DNA from: an uncultured Gammaproteobacteria bacterium
GTDB lineage: Bacteria; Pseudomonadota; Gammaproteobacteria; UBA9214
Direction of reading: 5' to 3'
Assembly (NCBI GenBank): GCA_963827755.1
Contig: CAWHCQ010000009.1
Span: 32,001-96,000 of the forward strand
Length of the DNA stretch: 64,000 bases
Each line of letters opens with the position of its first letter. The first letter of the stretch is position 1. The translations under genes were made by a program, and so were the position numbers. Positions 29,154 to 39,519 of this stretch are shown here, one piece after another. The notes under the pieces are model-generated. The model searched no databases. It saw only the letters and a program-made list of their open reading frames with translations, and had not been told where the DNA came from.

Positions 29154-31031
29154 ATGAACACGCACGCCAAAACCGCCGCTAGCGGGAATCTCCAGGCGAT
29201 TCTCGACGAAATCAATGCCCTGCTGCAGGCCGCCAACGGCATCGATGAAACGCGCGCCAAGAAAGTGCGCAATGCCATCGAAACCCTGCGCAACACCGGC
29301 AACACGCTCGCTGCCGGGGAAGAACAGCCCGCCGATGGCCCGCCGGCCGATGACGACACCGCAGAAGACAAGGCGATGAATGCGCAAATCGATACCGCCC
29401 TGGAAGAGCTGCGCATGCGCGTACACAGGCAGGTGCAGCGCCGCAACCGCGACTATGAGAAAGCACAACAGCTGATGGATGAGGTAGAAACCGCGCTCAA
29501 GGCGAACGAACTGCAATCGGCGGAACGCGCCTATCACAAGACGATGTCCGTCATGGGGAATATCCCGGGGCTGTCCGAACAGCGCTGGCAGGACATCGAA
29601 AAGCGGCTGAAGCGTGTCCGCCCGCAGCTGCGCAAGCTCGAGTCCTGGCGCCACTGGGGTACCACACAGGCACGCCGGCAACTCATCGACCAGGTAAAGC
29701 AGCTGAAAGACGCCGGCCTGCCGCCGGAAAAACTCGCCGTGCAAATAAAGCAGGCACGCGAGCAATGGCAGGCCTGGAACAAATCCGGCGATCACTCGGG
29801 CAAAGGGCTGTGGAAGGAATTCGACAGCACTTGCGAGGAGGCCTACAAACCCTGCGCCGTGCATTTTAAAAAGCTGAGGAAACTCCGCGCGGAAAACCTT
29901 GGCCAGCGCCAGGCCATTATTGATGATCTTGACGCGCGCTACGCGTCGACCGACTGGAAACATCCCGACTGGCGCGACATCAACAAATACACCAGTCAGG
30001 CCCGCCGCAATTTCTACAAAATCGGTCATGTCGACAACAAGCATCGCAAGCCGCTTGCCAGGGCACTGGACGAGGCGCTTGAAAAATTTGAAGAGCACCT
30101 CGGCAGCGAACGCGAGCGCTCCCTGAGAATCCGGGAAAAGCTCATCACCGATATCGAGGCACTGGACGAAGTGGTCAACCTGCGCGACGCCCTCGAGCGG
30201 CTTGAAGCACTGAAAAAACAATGGACGGTCACGGTCACCGGCAAGCGCACGCTGGAAAACAAACTGTGGGAGCGCTTGCAGGCGGCCTGCGACCGCACCT
30301 ACCGGCGCCGCGATGCCGAACGCAAGCAACGGGATGCCGAATGCAATGCAAACCTGAAGCAAAAGCAGGCGCTGATCGAGGAACTGACCGGCGCCGCCGC
30401 AGCGGGCGACGCGGAATTGCTTGCCAACACCTCGATACTCGCGCGGACCAGGCAGCAGTGGGAAACCATCGGCCGGGTATCGCGCAAGGATGAACAAGGA
30501 CTGGACAAGCGCTGGCGTGCGGCACAACAGCAATTCACTTGCGCCCGGCAGGCTGCGGAATCCATGGCCCATGCCTCTGCGCTGGATAACCTCGCCAAAC
30601 GCGCCGCCCTGTGTAGTCGGTGGGAGCAGGCTGTCCTGACCGGTAGCGCGATCCAGCCGGATGCTGTCGAGGCCGAGTGGGCCGCCCTGCCCGCGCTTGC
30701 CAGCGCCTATGCCGCGGCAATCCAGCAGCGCTTCAGCCAGGCCCTCAACCGTCCCGACGACACGACACTGTCAAGCAACCATGCAGCGAAGAAAGCGGTC
30801 TGTCTCAAGCTGGAAGTCCTGCTGGAACTGGAATCACCGCAAGACTGCCAGGCCGAACGCATGGCCTACAAGGTCGAACGGCTCAATGCAGCAATGAAAA
30901 AGACACTCGACGCAGAGGACTCGCCCGAGGACCTGCTGCTGGCGGCACTGACCACCGGCGCCGTACCTGCCGAGGCCGCCGGGGCCATCGAAAGACGCAT
31001 CGAGGACTGCCTGGCGCGTTTCAAGCCGTAA
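29154..31031 (+). CDS. DUF349 domain protein
   Basis: Repeated helical units W..G....LW..F...C; C-terminal LELESPQ..QAERMAYKV. Confidence 0.8.
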   Translation: MNTHAKTAASGNLQAILDEINALLQAANGIDETRAKKVRNAIETLRNTGNTLAAGEEQPADGPPADDDTAEDKAMNAQIDTALEELRMRVHRQVQRRNRDYEKAQQLMDEVETALKANELQSAERAYHKTMSVMGNIPGLSEQRWQDIEKRLKRVRPQLRKLESWRHWGTTQARRQLIDQVKQLKDAGLPPEKLAVQIKQAREQWQAWNKSGDHSGKGLWKEFDSTCEEAYKPCAVHFKKLRKLRAENLGQRQAIIDDLDARYASTDWKHPDWRDINKYTSQARRNFYKIGHVDNKHRKPLARALDEALEKFEEHLGSERERSLRIREKLITDIEALDEVVNLRDALERLEALKKQWTVTVTGKRTLENKLWERLQAACDRTYRRRDAERKQRDAECNANLKQKQALIEELTGAAAAGDAELLANTSILARTRQQWETIGRVSRKDEQGLDKRWRAAQQQFTCARQAAESMAHASALDNLAKRAALCSRWEQAVLTGSAIQPDAVEAEWAALPALASAYAAAIQQRFSQALNRPDDTTLSSNHAAKKAVCLKLEVLLELESPQDCQAERMAYKVERLNAAMKKTLDAEDSPEDLLLAALTTGAVPAEAAGAIERRIEDCLARFKP

Positions 31032-31162
31032 ATGGTGTCAGCCTGTTTTCCGCTTATGTCGAAAAAGGGGCCGGAATTTCCTGACCATATCGGAAACAGA
31101 CATAATATTCAGGCGCAGCGTCGCCCCCACCCGGAACCGGAAAACAGCCGAGGAAAATCCCC

Positions 31163-32410
31163 ATGACTGAAAACAGTTCAACGCACAGTCCCTCGCAGCA
31201 AGGCAATGATGCTGACCATATCAATGAAATGTTCGCGCTGGTCAAGCCGCACTCGCCGCTGAATATCATCAATACCCTGCACGATGAACCCGATGACGTG
31301 TTCGCGCAGGTGCTCGACCGCCTGCCGCAATCCATGGCCATGCGGGTACTGCACCACCTGCCCGTGGCAAGAAGCACGGCCATCGTCAGCAGCTTCGATT
31401 TCGAAGCGGGCCGGCAATGGATGACCACCCGCCACTACCCGGAGGACAGCCTTGGCCGGCTGATCTGCAAGCCGCACGGCGTATTCAGCCCGGAGACCAC
31501 GGCAGCAGAGGCCATTCGCGAGATTCGTGCGCTGGTGACGCGCAGCATGATTACCTACGGCTACGTGGTGGATGCCGGGCAGCGCCTGGTCGGCATACTG
31601 GTGATGCGCGACCTGATGCTGGCAAGGCCCGAACAGCCGCTCAGCGAGATCATGCTCGCGCACCCGTTCTCGTTCAAGCCGGAAACACCCGTCAGTGACG
31701 CGATGCAGGCGATGGTTCGCCGTCATTACCCGACCTACCCGGTGTGCGATGAAGACGAGAAGCTCATCGGTGTCATCAACGGTGACGTGCTGTTCGGCGA
31801 GTACACCTTTCACCTCAGCGCACAGTCCGGCCAGATGGTCGGTGTTGAAAAGGAAGAACACCTGAATACGTCCTGGCCACGCAGCCTGCGGCTGCGGCAC
31901 CCCTGGCTGCAGCTGAACCTGTTCACCGCGTTTGTCGCGGCCTTTGTCGTCGGCCTGTTCGAGGACACCATCCAGCAGGTGGTACTGCTTGCCGTGTTCC
32001 TGCCGGTGCTGGCCGGCCAGTCCGGCAACACCGGCTGCCAGTCGCTGGCCGTCACCCTGAGGGGCATCACCCTCGGTGAATACAAGGCCGGCTTCGGCAG
32101 CATCATGATGAAAAAGGAAACCCTGCTCGGCATCCTCAACGGCGCGCTGGTCGGGGTCACCGCCGGCATCGGCATGTTCCTGTACGCCATGATGAGCAAC
32201 AACCCGGATGCCCTGCTGCTGGCATTGGTCGTGTTCCTGGCGATGGTCGGCAGTTGTACGGTCAGCAGCGTTGCCGGCGTGCTGGTGCCGATTACCCTGC
32301 AACGCCTCGGCGTCGATCCTGCAACCTCGTCGAGCATCTTCCTGACGACATGGACGGACGTCGCCAGCATGGGCATGTTTCTCTGGCTGGCAACCGTCAT
32401 GGTCCTGTAA
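31163..32410 (+). CDS. mgtE: Magnesium transporter MgtE
   Basis: CBS pair, RHPWLQLNL, GQSGNTGCQ, GVDPA..TTWTDV. Confidence 0.88.
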   Translation: MTENSSTHSPSQQGNDADHINEMFALVKPHSPLNIINTLHDEPDDVFAQVLDRLPQSMAMRVLHHLPVARSTAIVSSFDFEAGRQWMTTRHYPEDSLGRLICKPHGVFSPETTAAEAIREIRALVTRSMITYGYVVDAGQRLVGILVMRDLMLARPEQPLSEIMLAHPFSFKPETPVSDAMQAMVRRHYPTYPVCDEDEKLIGVINGDVLFGEYTFHLSAQSGQMVGVEKEEHLNTSWPRSLRLRHPWLQLNLFTAFVAAFVVGLFEDTIQQVVLLAVFLPVLAGQSGNTGCQSLAVTLRGITLGEYKAGFGSIMMKKETLLGILNGALVGVTAGIGMFLYAMMSNNPDALLLALVVFLAMVGSCTVSSVAGVLVPITLQRLGVDPATSSSIFLTTWTDVASMGMFLWLATVMVL

Positions 32411-32503
32411 TCTTCCCTGCAACCCGATAGCAGACAGCCGCAAGGTCCATGCATCATAGGGAGTAAATGGTGTCAGACTCACTGTTGTCCTTGCCGCTCA
32501 ACC

Positions 32504-32642
32504 TGTAGGAGCGAGCGCCAGCTCGCGAAGGGTTCGCCTGTTCGCCGGTTCGCCAACCTGTAGGAGCGAGCGCCAGCTCGCGAAGGGTTCGCCTGTTGGA
32601 TTCGCCTGTTCGCCGGTTCGCCAGCTTGCGCTGGCTCCTACA
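32504..32642. repeat. GTAG-type REP cluster
   Basis: GTAGGAGCGAGCGCCAGCTCGCGAA twice, plus an inverted copy. Confidence 0.8.
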
Positions 32643-32684
32643 GTGATTCGTGATTTGTGATTTGTGAATTGTGAATTGTGATCA
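32643..32684. repeat. Heptamer tandem repeat (GTGA(T/A)T(T/C)) x6
   Basis: gtgattc gtgattt gtgattt gtgaatt gtgaatt gtgatca. Confidence 0.75.
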
Positions 32685-32732
32685 ACAGGGTCAGATTCCT
32701 TTGATCCGCGCCGATAAAATCCGCCCGAAACC

Positions 32733-34151
32733 CTAGCCCGCCTTTTTGCGCCACGTGTGGACTGCCCTGTCAGGCCGCCACTGGTTCCCGGACCCTTCGT
32801 GAATCGTCAGGATCGGCCTGGGTTTTACCGGGATCTCCACCTCTTCTTCCGCAATCACTTCCCTCGACAGGCTGACGCGGCGGTTCCCGAGCCGTAGCAC
32901 GAGTTGCTTCTCGCCCGTGTAGTAGGGATGCCAGAGCCGTATCAGAACGGGAACAGAGACATTCAGCCAGAAGGCAGTCAACATGAGCGTGTAAAAGGCC
33001 TGCTCGGTAAATATGGCATGCTCGACATAGCCTATGTTGAGCACCACGAAGGCAAGCTCCGCACGTCCCAGCATGCCGAAGCCGATCATGATGCTCTCGT
33101 GCCAGTCAAAATGACCTGTATAACGTGCAGCCAGCAAGGCCGAGATTGTCTGGCCAAGGAGCAGGCCTGCTGTCAACACCAGGGTTTCCGGGAGAACGGA
33201 AATGATAATGTCGACATCAAGGATAATCCTGGTCCCGAGCGTTACAAAAAATACCGGGCCTATCCACGAAAAAGCGACATTATCGATCACGTGTTTGGCG
33301 TTTTGATAGGCGGCTTCCTGCGCAGCCTTGTCGACGTGAAAATATTCCTTTTTGAGTATCAGTCCGGCCATGTAGGCGCCAACGGCCGGATGAAAGCTGA
33401 AATAGTGGGCAATAATGCCGATGACAAGTCCCAGCAGCAGGATGGCGAGCGTCGCGTTGCCGGATTCCCCCAGCATGAGCAGGTCGCGCACACCGTGTTT
33501 GCGGATAAACGGGATGCGCTGCATGAACCTGCCCGGGCTCTCGCTTGGAAATATCCATAACCCCAGGGCGGTCACGATTCCGAAAAAGACAAACACATTC
33601 AGAATCACGGACAGTATGCCGGTGATCGACACTTCGCTCTCGCCGGTGGCCAGGGGTACCACCAGTGCAACCAGGGCAAGTGATCCGATATTGTCGAGTA
33701 CTGCCGAGGTCATGATGCCGCGTGCTGCACTGGAGGTATTCAGGCCTTCACTTCGCAAGCAGACCATGGTCAGGGAAACAGCGGTCATCGTCATTGCCAG
33801 GCCGCACATCAGCGCGAGTTTGACATCACCCCAGAAAAACATTGCCGTGCAGTAGGCGACGAGGAAGGGGCCGATTGCGCCGAACAGGGCAATCCCCCAG
33901 CTTCGCTTGATACCCTGGACGAACTTGCCCGGGTTTTCCTCGAAGCCCAGGGCGAACATGATGATGATAATCCCGATGCTCGAGAGCCCTTCGATGAACG
34001 GTGAGGTCTCGACGGGCAGAATGCCGATGTTGACCATCAGCGATCCAAAGGCAAGAAAATAAAGGACGGCTGTCAGGTTGGTGCGCTTCGCAAGGAATGA
34101 TGATACGAAGACGCCGAGCCAGATAATTGCAAGATATTCCAGGTCTTTCAT
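32733..34151 (-). CDS. Cation:proton antiporter (CPA2 family)
   Basis: Polytopic membrane protein; MFALGFE, AVLDNI, GAYMAGL, PVFFVTLG, GMLGRAE. Confidence 0.88.
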   Translation of the reverse strand: MKDLEYLAIIWLGVFVSSFLAKRTNLTAVLYFLAFGSLMVNIGILPVETSPFIEGLSSIGIIIIMFALGFEENPGKFVQGIKRSWGIALFGAIGPFLVAYCTAMFFWGDVKLALMCGLAMTMTAVSLTMVCLRSEGLNTSSAARGIMTSAVLDNIGSLALVALVVPLATGESEVSITGILSVILNVFVFFGIVTALGLWIFPSESPGRFMQRIPFIRKHGVRDLLMLGESGNATLAILLLGLVIGIIAHYFSFHPAVGAYMAGLILKKEYFHVDKAAQEAAYQNAKHVIDNVAFSWIGPVFFVTLGTRIILDVDIIISVLPETLVLTAGLLLGQTISALLAARYTGHFDWHESIMIGFGMLGRAELAFVVLNIGYVEHAIFTEQAFYTLMLTAFWLNVSVPVLIRLWHPYYTGEKQLVLRLGNRRVSLSREVIAEEEVEIPVKPRPILTIHEGSGNQWRPDRAVHTWRKKAG

Positions 34152-34361
34152 CGTCGCCTCTACTGCTACACCTCACTTGGTCTGCAGCACTGAAGCGGTG
34201 TTCGGGTACAGGCTGCAAGTCAGACTGAACCGTCAAAGTATTGACGAATAATTCTCAGGGTTCAGCCGTGTTGGCAATACCGTTCATTTACAAATTCTCG
34301 TCGTATCAAATCAGCACAATTGCCTTGTTGTATATATCGACCTGCAAAAAATAAAATTAAG

Positions 34362-34466
34362 TGAACCCTTCGCGAGCTGGCGCTCGCTCCTGACACATCC
34401 TGTGCCGCTCACCGACCCTTAATAATTGTAGGAGCCAGCGCAAGCTGGCGAACCGGCGAACCGGCA
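34362..34466. repeat. GTAG-type REP doublet
   Basis: Same family as 19783 and 32504. Confidence 0.75.
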
Positions 34467-34487
34467 AGGACAGCAGTGGATCCGACT

Positions 34488-34991
34488 TTATTGATTCTCC
34501 GGCAACTTGCTTGATGCACGGACTCTACCCGCTTCATCCACCACACGAATCGCCGCATAATCGCCTTTTGGTATCGATACCAATACGCACGGACTCGTTA
34601 TAACCTGTGCCATTAATGCATCTGCCGGAGGCTCTACCCACGAGACCAACAAGGTCAAATCATGACCGCTGATTGCTGCAGTCCCGGAGGCCAGACCAAG
34701 CTGGTAACCCGCTGTTGAATGCTTCCCCATGTAAACAGCAATTACACCCGAACGATTGAAATCCACGGTTGGCAGGTAACCGCTATCATCTAAAATATGT
34801 TTTCTTGTCTGCTTGTATGCAGACTTATACGCCTCAATGTTGCTTATCCATACCACAGATGGCTCCATGCCATCATTCCAGCACTGGCTACTCTGTGTCA
34901 GCAAAGCGGCTTCAACTGTTGCAGGCGTGGATCCTGGAATACCATTTGCCCTGCAGGCAGAGAGCAATAAAACCAGAAGACCGGTCCACAA
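34488..34991 (-). CDS. PrcB-like protease complex subunit, lipoprotein
   Basis: Lipobox LSAC; MGKHSTAGY..AQVITSPC motif. The TTG start is inferred. Confidence 0.7.
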   Translation of the reverse strand: MWTGLLVLLLSACRANGIPGSTPATVEAALLTQSSQCWNDGMEPSVVWISNIEAYKSAYKQTRKHILDDSGYLPTVDFNRSGVIAVYMGKHSTAGYQLGLASGTAAISGHDLTLLVSWVEPPADALMAQVITSPCVLVSIPKGDYAAIRVVDEAGRVRASSKLPENQ

Positions 34992-34998
34992 CCGGGCC

Positions 34999-37644
34999 TT
35001 ACCTCTGTAGCTGGTGTAGTGCACTTTTTTTATCCAGTCTTCTATAGGGTCGCCGGGTGAGTGTGCCTGATTCAGTCGATAGCGCCGAAAAACCGGTGAT
35101 GTAGGACGTTGGGAATTCACTCAATGACTGATTTGCATTCACGTCGACTTCCAGTGGTTGCTCAACAGTAAGATATGCACCGCATGACTCTCCTGCATCA
35201 CAGATCAAGGCGTTATTGTTACTGTCACTGCCTGAAATAATCAGATAAGTGCCTTCTGGCACCTGGTCAAAACGATAGGAATACTCGCCGTCAATTGCGC
35301 TTGCTGCATACTCATACAGCGCATCCCCCGTGACTGGATCAATCAACAGAACATACTGAAAACCAGCGTCAGCTGGTACAACGTCATTGCTGATTTGCAT
35401 GATTACGGGCACAAAAACGGTGTTGGCAGAAGATGTAATCGTAATCGTTGCTGTATAGGTCCCTGCTTCCAGACCGGCACGATTGATAGAGACGACATAG
35501 GTGCCGTTACCGTTAATATCAACAACATTCTCCGTAACAGTCAACCACGATGCGCCAACAGTCGGCGTATCCACTGTCAGTTCGCCGCTGCCACTATTTT
35601 CAAGGCTCAATGACAGGTTCGTACCAATGGATCCAAAATTAAGCGACGAAGGGCTGGCCACCAGATTTTGTGCTACGGCCGCCCCCCCGGCAGCAACGAC
35701 TGCCTTATGGGCATTGATTAAACCATATCCGTACACATCATCACGACCTGCCAGTCCAAGGTCTACTGTCAGTTGCCCACTGGATAGCAGGCTGTCAAAT
35801 GCCGCGGGGGACAACGCAGGGTTTATCGCCTTCATCAAGGCAGCAACACCTGCGACATGCGGGCTGGCCATTGATGTCCCGTTCAGGAACCCGAAAACCG
35901 GCACAATACTGCCCGAAGTATCATCACCTCTCGTACTCAGAACCAGGTCCGGATAGCCATCGCCATTAATATCCGGGGTACCATCCCCGCCCGGCGCGGC
36001 AACATCGATAGTCGCTCCAAAGTTTGAATAGGATGCCTTGTTCTTGTTTATGTCTACGGCACTCACCGATACCACGCCATTATAAGATGCCGGGTAGAAG
36101 GGAACGCTGTTGTTGTTATTGCCTGCGGCTGCCACGACGATGACGCCCTGGTTCCTCACCTCGGTTATCAAATCCTGGGACGCCTGGGAAAATCCGCCAC
36201 CGCCGAGACTCAGATTAATCACATCGGCTCTCTGGTCGGGCAACGTTCCGGAATCATTATCAAGACCCGCGGCATAACGAACCGCCTGAGATACGTCGTA
36301 TGAGGTCCCCCCCTGGGCACCAAGAACACGCAGAGGCATTATCGACGTTGACCAGGTAACCCCGGAAACACCTGTCATATTGTTGGTAGCCGCACCAATC
36401 GTGCCGGCGACATGCGTGCCATGAAATGCAGAAGAACCGATATTATTCACATCTCCCGGATCATTCGGGTTGTTATCAATGCCATCCCCATCCCCTGAGG
36501 CTGATGGTGACTGTATAAAATCATAGCCCTGTATGAGCCTCCCTTGCAGATCCGGGTGCGTCAGAATTACGCCCGTATCTATCACAGCGACAATGACATC
36601 ACTGCTACCCGTTGTAATGTCCCACGCCTGTGGCAAATTGATCAACGGATAATGCCACTGCAGGGAATAGCGCTGATCATTCGGCAGCAATAAAGGTTGA
36701 ATTAAATAGTTCGGGTCTGCATATTTTATGTCGGGGCGCTGCCGTAATGCCTTGATCATCCTGATCGTTTCAATCTTCTTTGGGTCAATATTTACACTCT
36801 GCATCAGGACAGATTGACGTTTTTCTGCAGCATTTGTTTTCAGGGTCTGGACTGCACTTTCTGTTTGCCGGGTCTCGTCGAGGCTAAACAACACTTCCCT
36901 GTTCATGGCTCCGGCTTTTGCGGCCAAACCACTGCTACTTGCTTTTGAGGACAGGCTGGTAACGCTGCTTGTTGCTGCGTCGAGTGCATCGTTAAACCGC
37001 ACCACCATATCGCCAGGGACAAAGTCATCCAGTGTACTCAGGGTGTCTACAGTACCGGCAGGCGCTTCCTGACTCACCGTCAGAACGTAATTCGATGCGC
37101 CGGAATATGCAAAAACCTCGATAACGTAGGTGCCGGTAACCGCTGATATGATGGTTTCTGTATGACCAACACCTTCTGAACTATCTACGATGATGCCATC
37201 GGTATCGCCTAAAAATAAGTCAAGATCATTCAAGACCGAAGAATCACCGATGATGAGGGTAATCCGCTGGCCAGCGACAAGCGAGATCCTGTACAGGTCA
37301 GTCGCGTCTCCAGCGAGCCGGGAACGACCAGCCTCCCCTTCACCGGGTTGATTAACGTAACCACCGACATTAACAGGATTGGGTATATCCTGAATTGTTG
37401 AAAGCGTGTCGTTGGGAACAAATGCGGCGTTAACATCATTTACATCTCCATCGACAACACTCCCCCCCGTGGCAACAACACTCCCGCTTATCGTGAAGGT
37501 GGCTATATCAGTCTGTGGGGCCGGGGGTACAGATGAACCACCTCCCCCGCCCCCGCCGCCCCCGCCGCCGCAAGCAGGAAGAATCACTGCCAGCGCGCAA
37601 GAGAGAAGGAAGTGCCTGGTCTTCGGGGTTATGCTCCCGTTCAT
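34999..37644 (-). CDS. S8 subtilisin-like serine peptidase, lipoprotein with accessory beta-sandwich domains
   Basis: LPAC plus poly-Gly; catalytic VIDTG, HGTHVAG, GTSMASPHVAG. Confidence 0.93.
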   Translation of the reverse strand: MNGSITPKTRHFLLSCALAVILPACGGGGGGGGGGGSSVPPAPQTDIATFTISGSVVATGGSVVDGDVNDVNAAFVPNDTLSTIQDIPNPVNVGGYVNQPGEGEAGRSRLAGDATDLYRISLVAGQRITLIIGDSSVLNDLDLFLGDTDGIIVDSSEGVGHTETIISAVTGTYVIEVFAYSGASNYVLTVSQEAPAGTVDTLSTLDDFVPGDMVVRFNDALDAATSSVTSLSSKASSSGLAAKAGAMNREVLFSLDETRQTESAVQTLKTNAAEKRQSVLMQSVNIDPKKIETIRMIKALRQRPDIKYADPNYLIQPLLLPNDQRYSLQWHYPLINLPQAWDITTGSSDVIVAVIDTGVILTHPDLQGRLIQGYDFIQSPSASGDGDGIDNNPNDPGDVNNIGSSAFHGTHVAGTIGAATNNMTGVSGVTWSTSIMPLRVLGAQGGTSYDVSQAVRYAAGLDNDSGTLPDQRADVINLSLGGGGFSQASQDLITEVRNQGVIVVAAAGNNNNSVPFYPASYNGVVSVSAVDINKNKASYSNFGATIDVAAPGGDGTPDINGDGYPDLVLSTRGDDTSGSIVPVFGFLNGTSMASPHVAGVAALMKAINPALSPAAFDSLLSSGQLTVDLGLAGRDDVYGYGLINAHKAVVAAGGAAVAQNLVASPSSLNFGSIGTNLSLSLENSGSGELTVDTPTVGASWLTVTENVVDINGNGTYVVSINRAGLEAGTYTATITITSSANTVFVPVIMQISNDVVPADAGFQYVLLIDPVTGDALYEYAASAIDGEYSYRFDQVPEGTYLIISGSDSNNNALICDAGESCGAYLTVEQPLEVDVNANQSLSEFPTSYITGFSALSTESGTLTRRPYRRLDKKSALHQLQR

Positions 37645-37891
37645 CTCCACTCCATGATTACGGTCAGTCTCTTCGAGATCAACAGGGCCCGACTCACTAC
37701 TGTCCCATAACTGCTCATAGTGGGAGATGGAGTTTGTGCGACAGCAGTGGTTCAGACTCCTTTGATCCGTCAACAATCAGCAGTATCAATCAAGTACGAC
37801 CCTGTTGATTCCTGTTAATTCACCATTGATTTGTGAAAAATTGTGTCATGAAAAATGTCATAGCACATTTTCTACTTCGGCCCCTTTTCCC

Positions 37892-38695
37892 CTAGCGAAA
37901 CAGGCCCGATATTCCCTGCTTTTGAAAATTTCCGTAGGCGTTAAAGCGCGCATCGGACAGCGCGGCATTCGAGACCGCGGTGACCTGGTACTGCGTGCCA
38001 TGCTCGATGTCCCGCACGGCCAGCGGCACACCTTCCAGGTCGGCTGCAAGTAATTCAAACTGCTCTGTCATACCGCCCAGCAGGCCACTGGCAGTGCCCG
38101 CCATGCTGCGCGAAAGCCTGACCAGGGCTTCAAGTGTGGCGAAATCCCGGGTTGACAGCTTGCCGCTGGCCGCGGTCGCCATGCAAACCTCCGCGACGGG
38201 ACGGCCATTCTTCAATATGCCGCTGGCCTGACATCGCAGCCCGGCAATGGTGTGACTGCCGCGGTCAACGGTCCGGATGTCGGCGGTTCTGACCGGCTTG
38301 CCTGCAGCAGGCGCGCCCGGTATCGCCCCCATGCGCTGCTCGATCATTCTGCGCTGTTCTGCCGGCAGCCCGGCAAGCATGTCCGCCATGTACGGCGCCA
38401 TGGATTGCTTGATGTTGGCAGCCGTCTGCACCGCGGCCTCAAGTTCTGCTGCTGTCAGCTGTGTGTATTTCCGCTGTTGCGGCTCTACATAGGTGATGAC
38501 CCCGGTCCCGCTGTCATAGAGCAGGTATTCACCCCTGTCATCACTGCTCACCCGGCCCTTGCCGTTCCTGGCCTGTATTGTCGTGTTCAGTCCGTCCGAA
38601 CCACGTACTTTCAGTGTGGCATCTGCGTGTACCGGCATGGCCGCCAGCATGACGGATGCCGCGACCATACCGCCAATAATGCACCTCGAAATCAT
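37892..38695 (-). CDS. Exported protein, DUF4412-like
   Basis: Signal peptide; IAGLRC..EVC; LEGVPL; RBS GGAGG. Confidence 0.65.
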   Translation of the reverse strand: MISRCIIGGMVAASVMLAAMPVHADATLKVRGSDGLNTTIQARNGKGRVSSDDRGEYLLYDSGTGVITYVEPQQRKYTQLTAAELEAAVQTAANIKQSMAPYMADMLAGLPAEQRRMIEQRMGAIPGAPAAGKPVRTADIRTVDRGSHTIAGLRCQASGILKNGRPVAEVCMATAASGKLSTRDFATLEALVRLSRSMAGTASGLLGGMTEQFELLAADLEGVPLAVRDIEHGTQYQVTAVSNAALSDARFNAYGNFQKQGISGLFR

Positions 38696-38745
38696 AGTGA
38701 TATCCTCCGTTGGTTTTATTTCAAATGATTCAGCGCCCGGACAAT

Positions 38746-38803
38746 AAAAGGGGCCGGATACAATTTCAGATTCCATTTGAAAATTGTATCCGGCCCCTTT
38801 TCC
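38746..38803. repeat. Hairpin element family C
   Basis: AAAGGGGCCGGATACAATTT..AAATTGTATCCGGCCCCTTT; also at 44698-44754 and 50068-50128, with half copies elsewhere. Confidence 0.8.
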
Positions 38804-38884
38804 GCATGGATTATACTACCATGTCAGGCCTGAGGCGTATAACAGTAAACCCGGGCCAGATCCGATATTGACAGGAGAAACGAA

Positions 38885-39292
38885 ATGTCTGAAACGATTT
38901 CCGGCGGGTGTTTATGCGGGAAGGTAACTTTCGAGGTGTTGAACGAGTTTAAACAATTTCATTTATGCCACTGCACTGAATGCAGAAAAATAACCGGTTC
39001 TGCTCACGCGTCCAATCTGTTTGCCAGCGCGAAAAATATTAAATGGCTAAGTGGTATTGAGAACATCAAGCAATATGATTCTCCGGAATATGGTATATCA
39101 AAGGCATTTTGCACCGAGTGCGGTTGCGGCGTTCCCTTCATTACGAAAAATGGCAAAGTATTGGTTATTCCAGCGGGTTCGCTCAATGGAAATCCCGACA
39201 TTGCGCCGCAGGATAATCTCTTCTGGCCGGAGCGGGCCGGGTGGTATGACGAGGCAGTTGCTGCAGTACACTTTGATGCTTTCCCGGAGTGA
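38885..39292 (+). CDS. GFA family (glutathione-dependent formaldehyde-activating-like) protein
   Basis: GGCLCG, CHCTECRK, FCTECG. Confidence 0.9.
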   Translation: MSETISGGCLCGKVTFEVLNEFKQFHLCHCTECRKITGSAHASNLFASAKNIKWLSGIENIKQYDSPEYGISKAFCTECGCGVPFITKNGKVLVIPAGSLNGNPDIAPQDNLFWPERAGWYDEAVAAVHFDAFPE

Positions 39293-39310
39293 GGCATTAA
39301 TTCATTTCAG

Positions 39311-39358
39311 TTGGCCGAATGAATTCGGCCCTACAGTAGGGTCGAATTCATTCGACCA
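39311..39358. repeat. GTAG-type REP pair
   Basis: GGCCGAATGAATTCGGCCCTAC / GTAGGGTCGAATTCATTCGACC. Confidence 0.75.
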
Positions 39359-39519
39359 GCGATGTTTAATAACCGGTACGGAGGCGTTTATCGGTTTAAT
39401 GCCTGCATTCTTTTCCGGGGACGTGCAATAGCAACCACCGTCATGGCAACACTGATTAACAGGTAACGGGTGCCAGAGCACATTTTCCATAATCACACCA
39501 GCACGCTATGCTCTATACC

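Noticed and set aside
37543-37572. G/C run in the S8 gene as a phase-variation tract
   Set aside because: Mixed GGC/GGG/GGA/GGT codons for an ordinary poly-Gly linker after the lipobox; the frame is intact.
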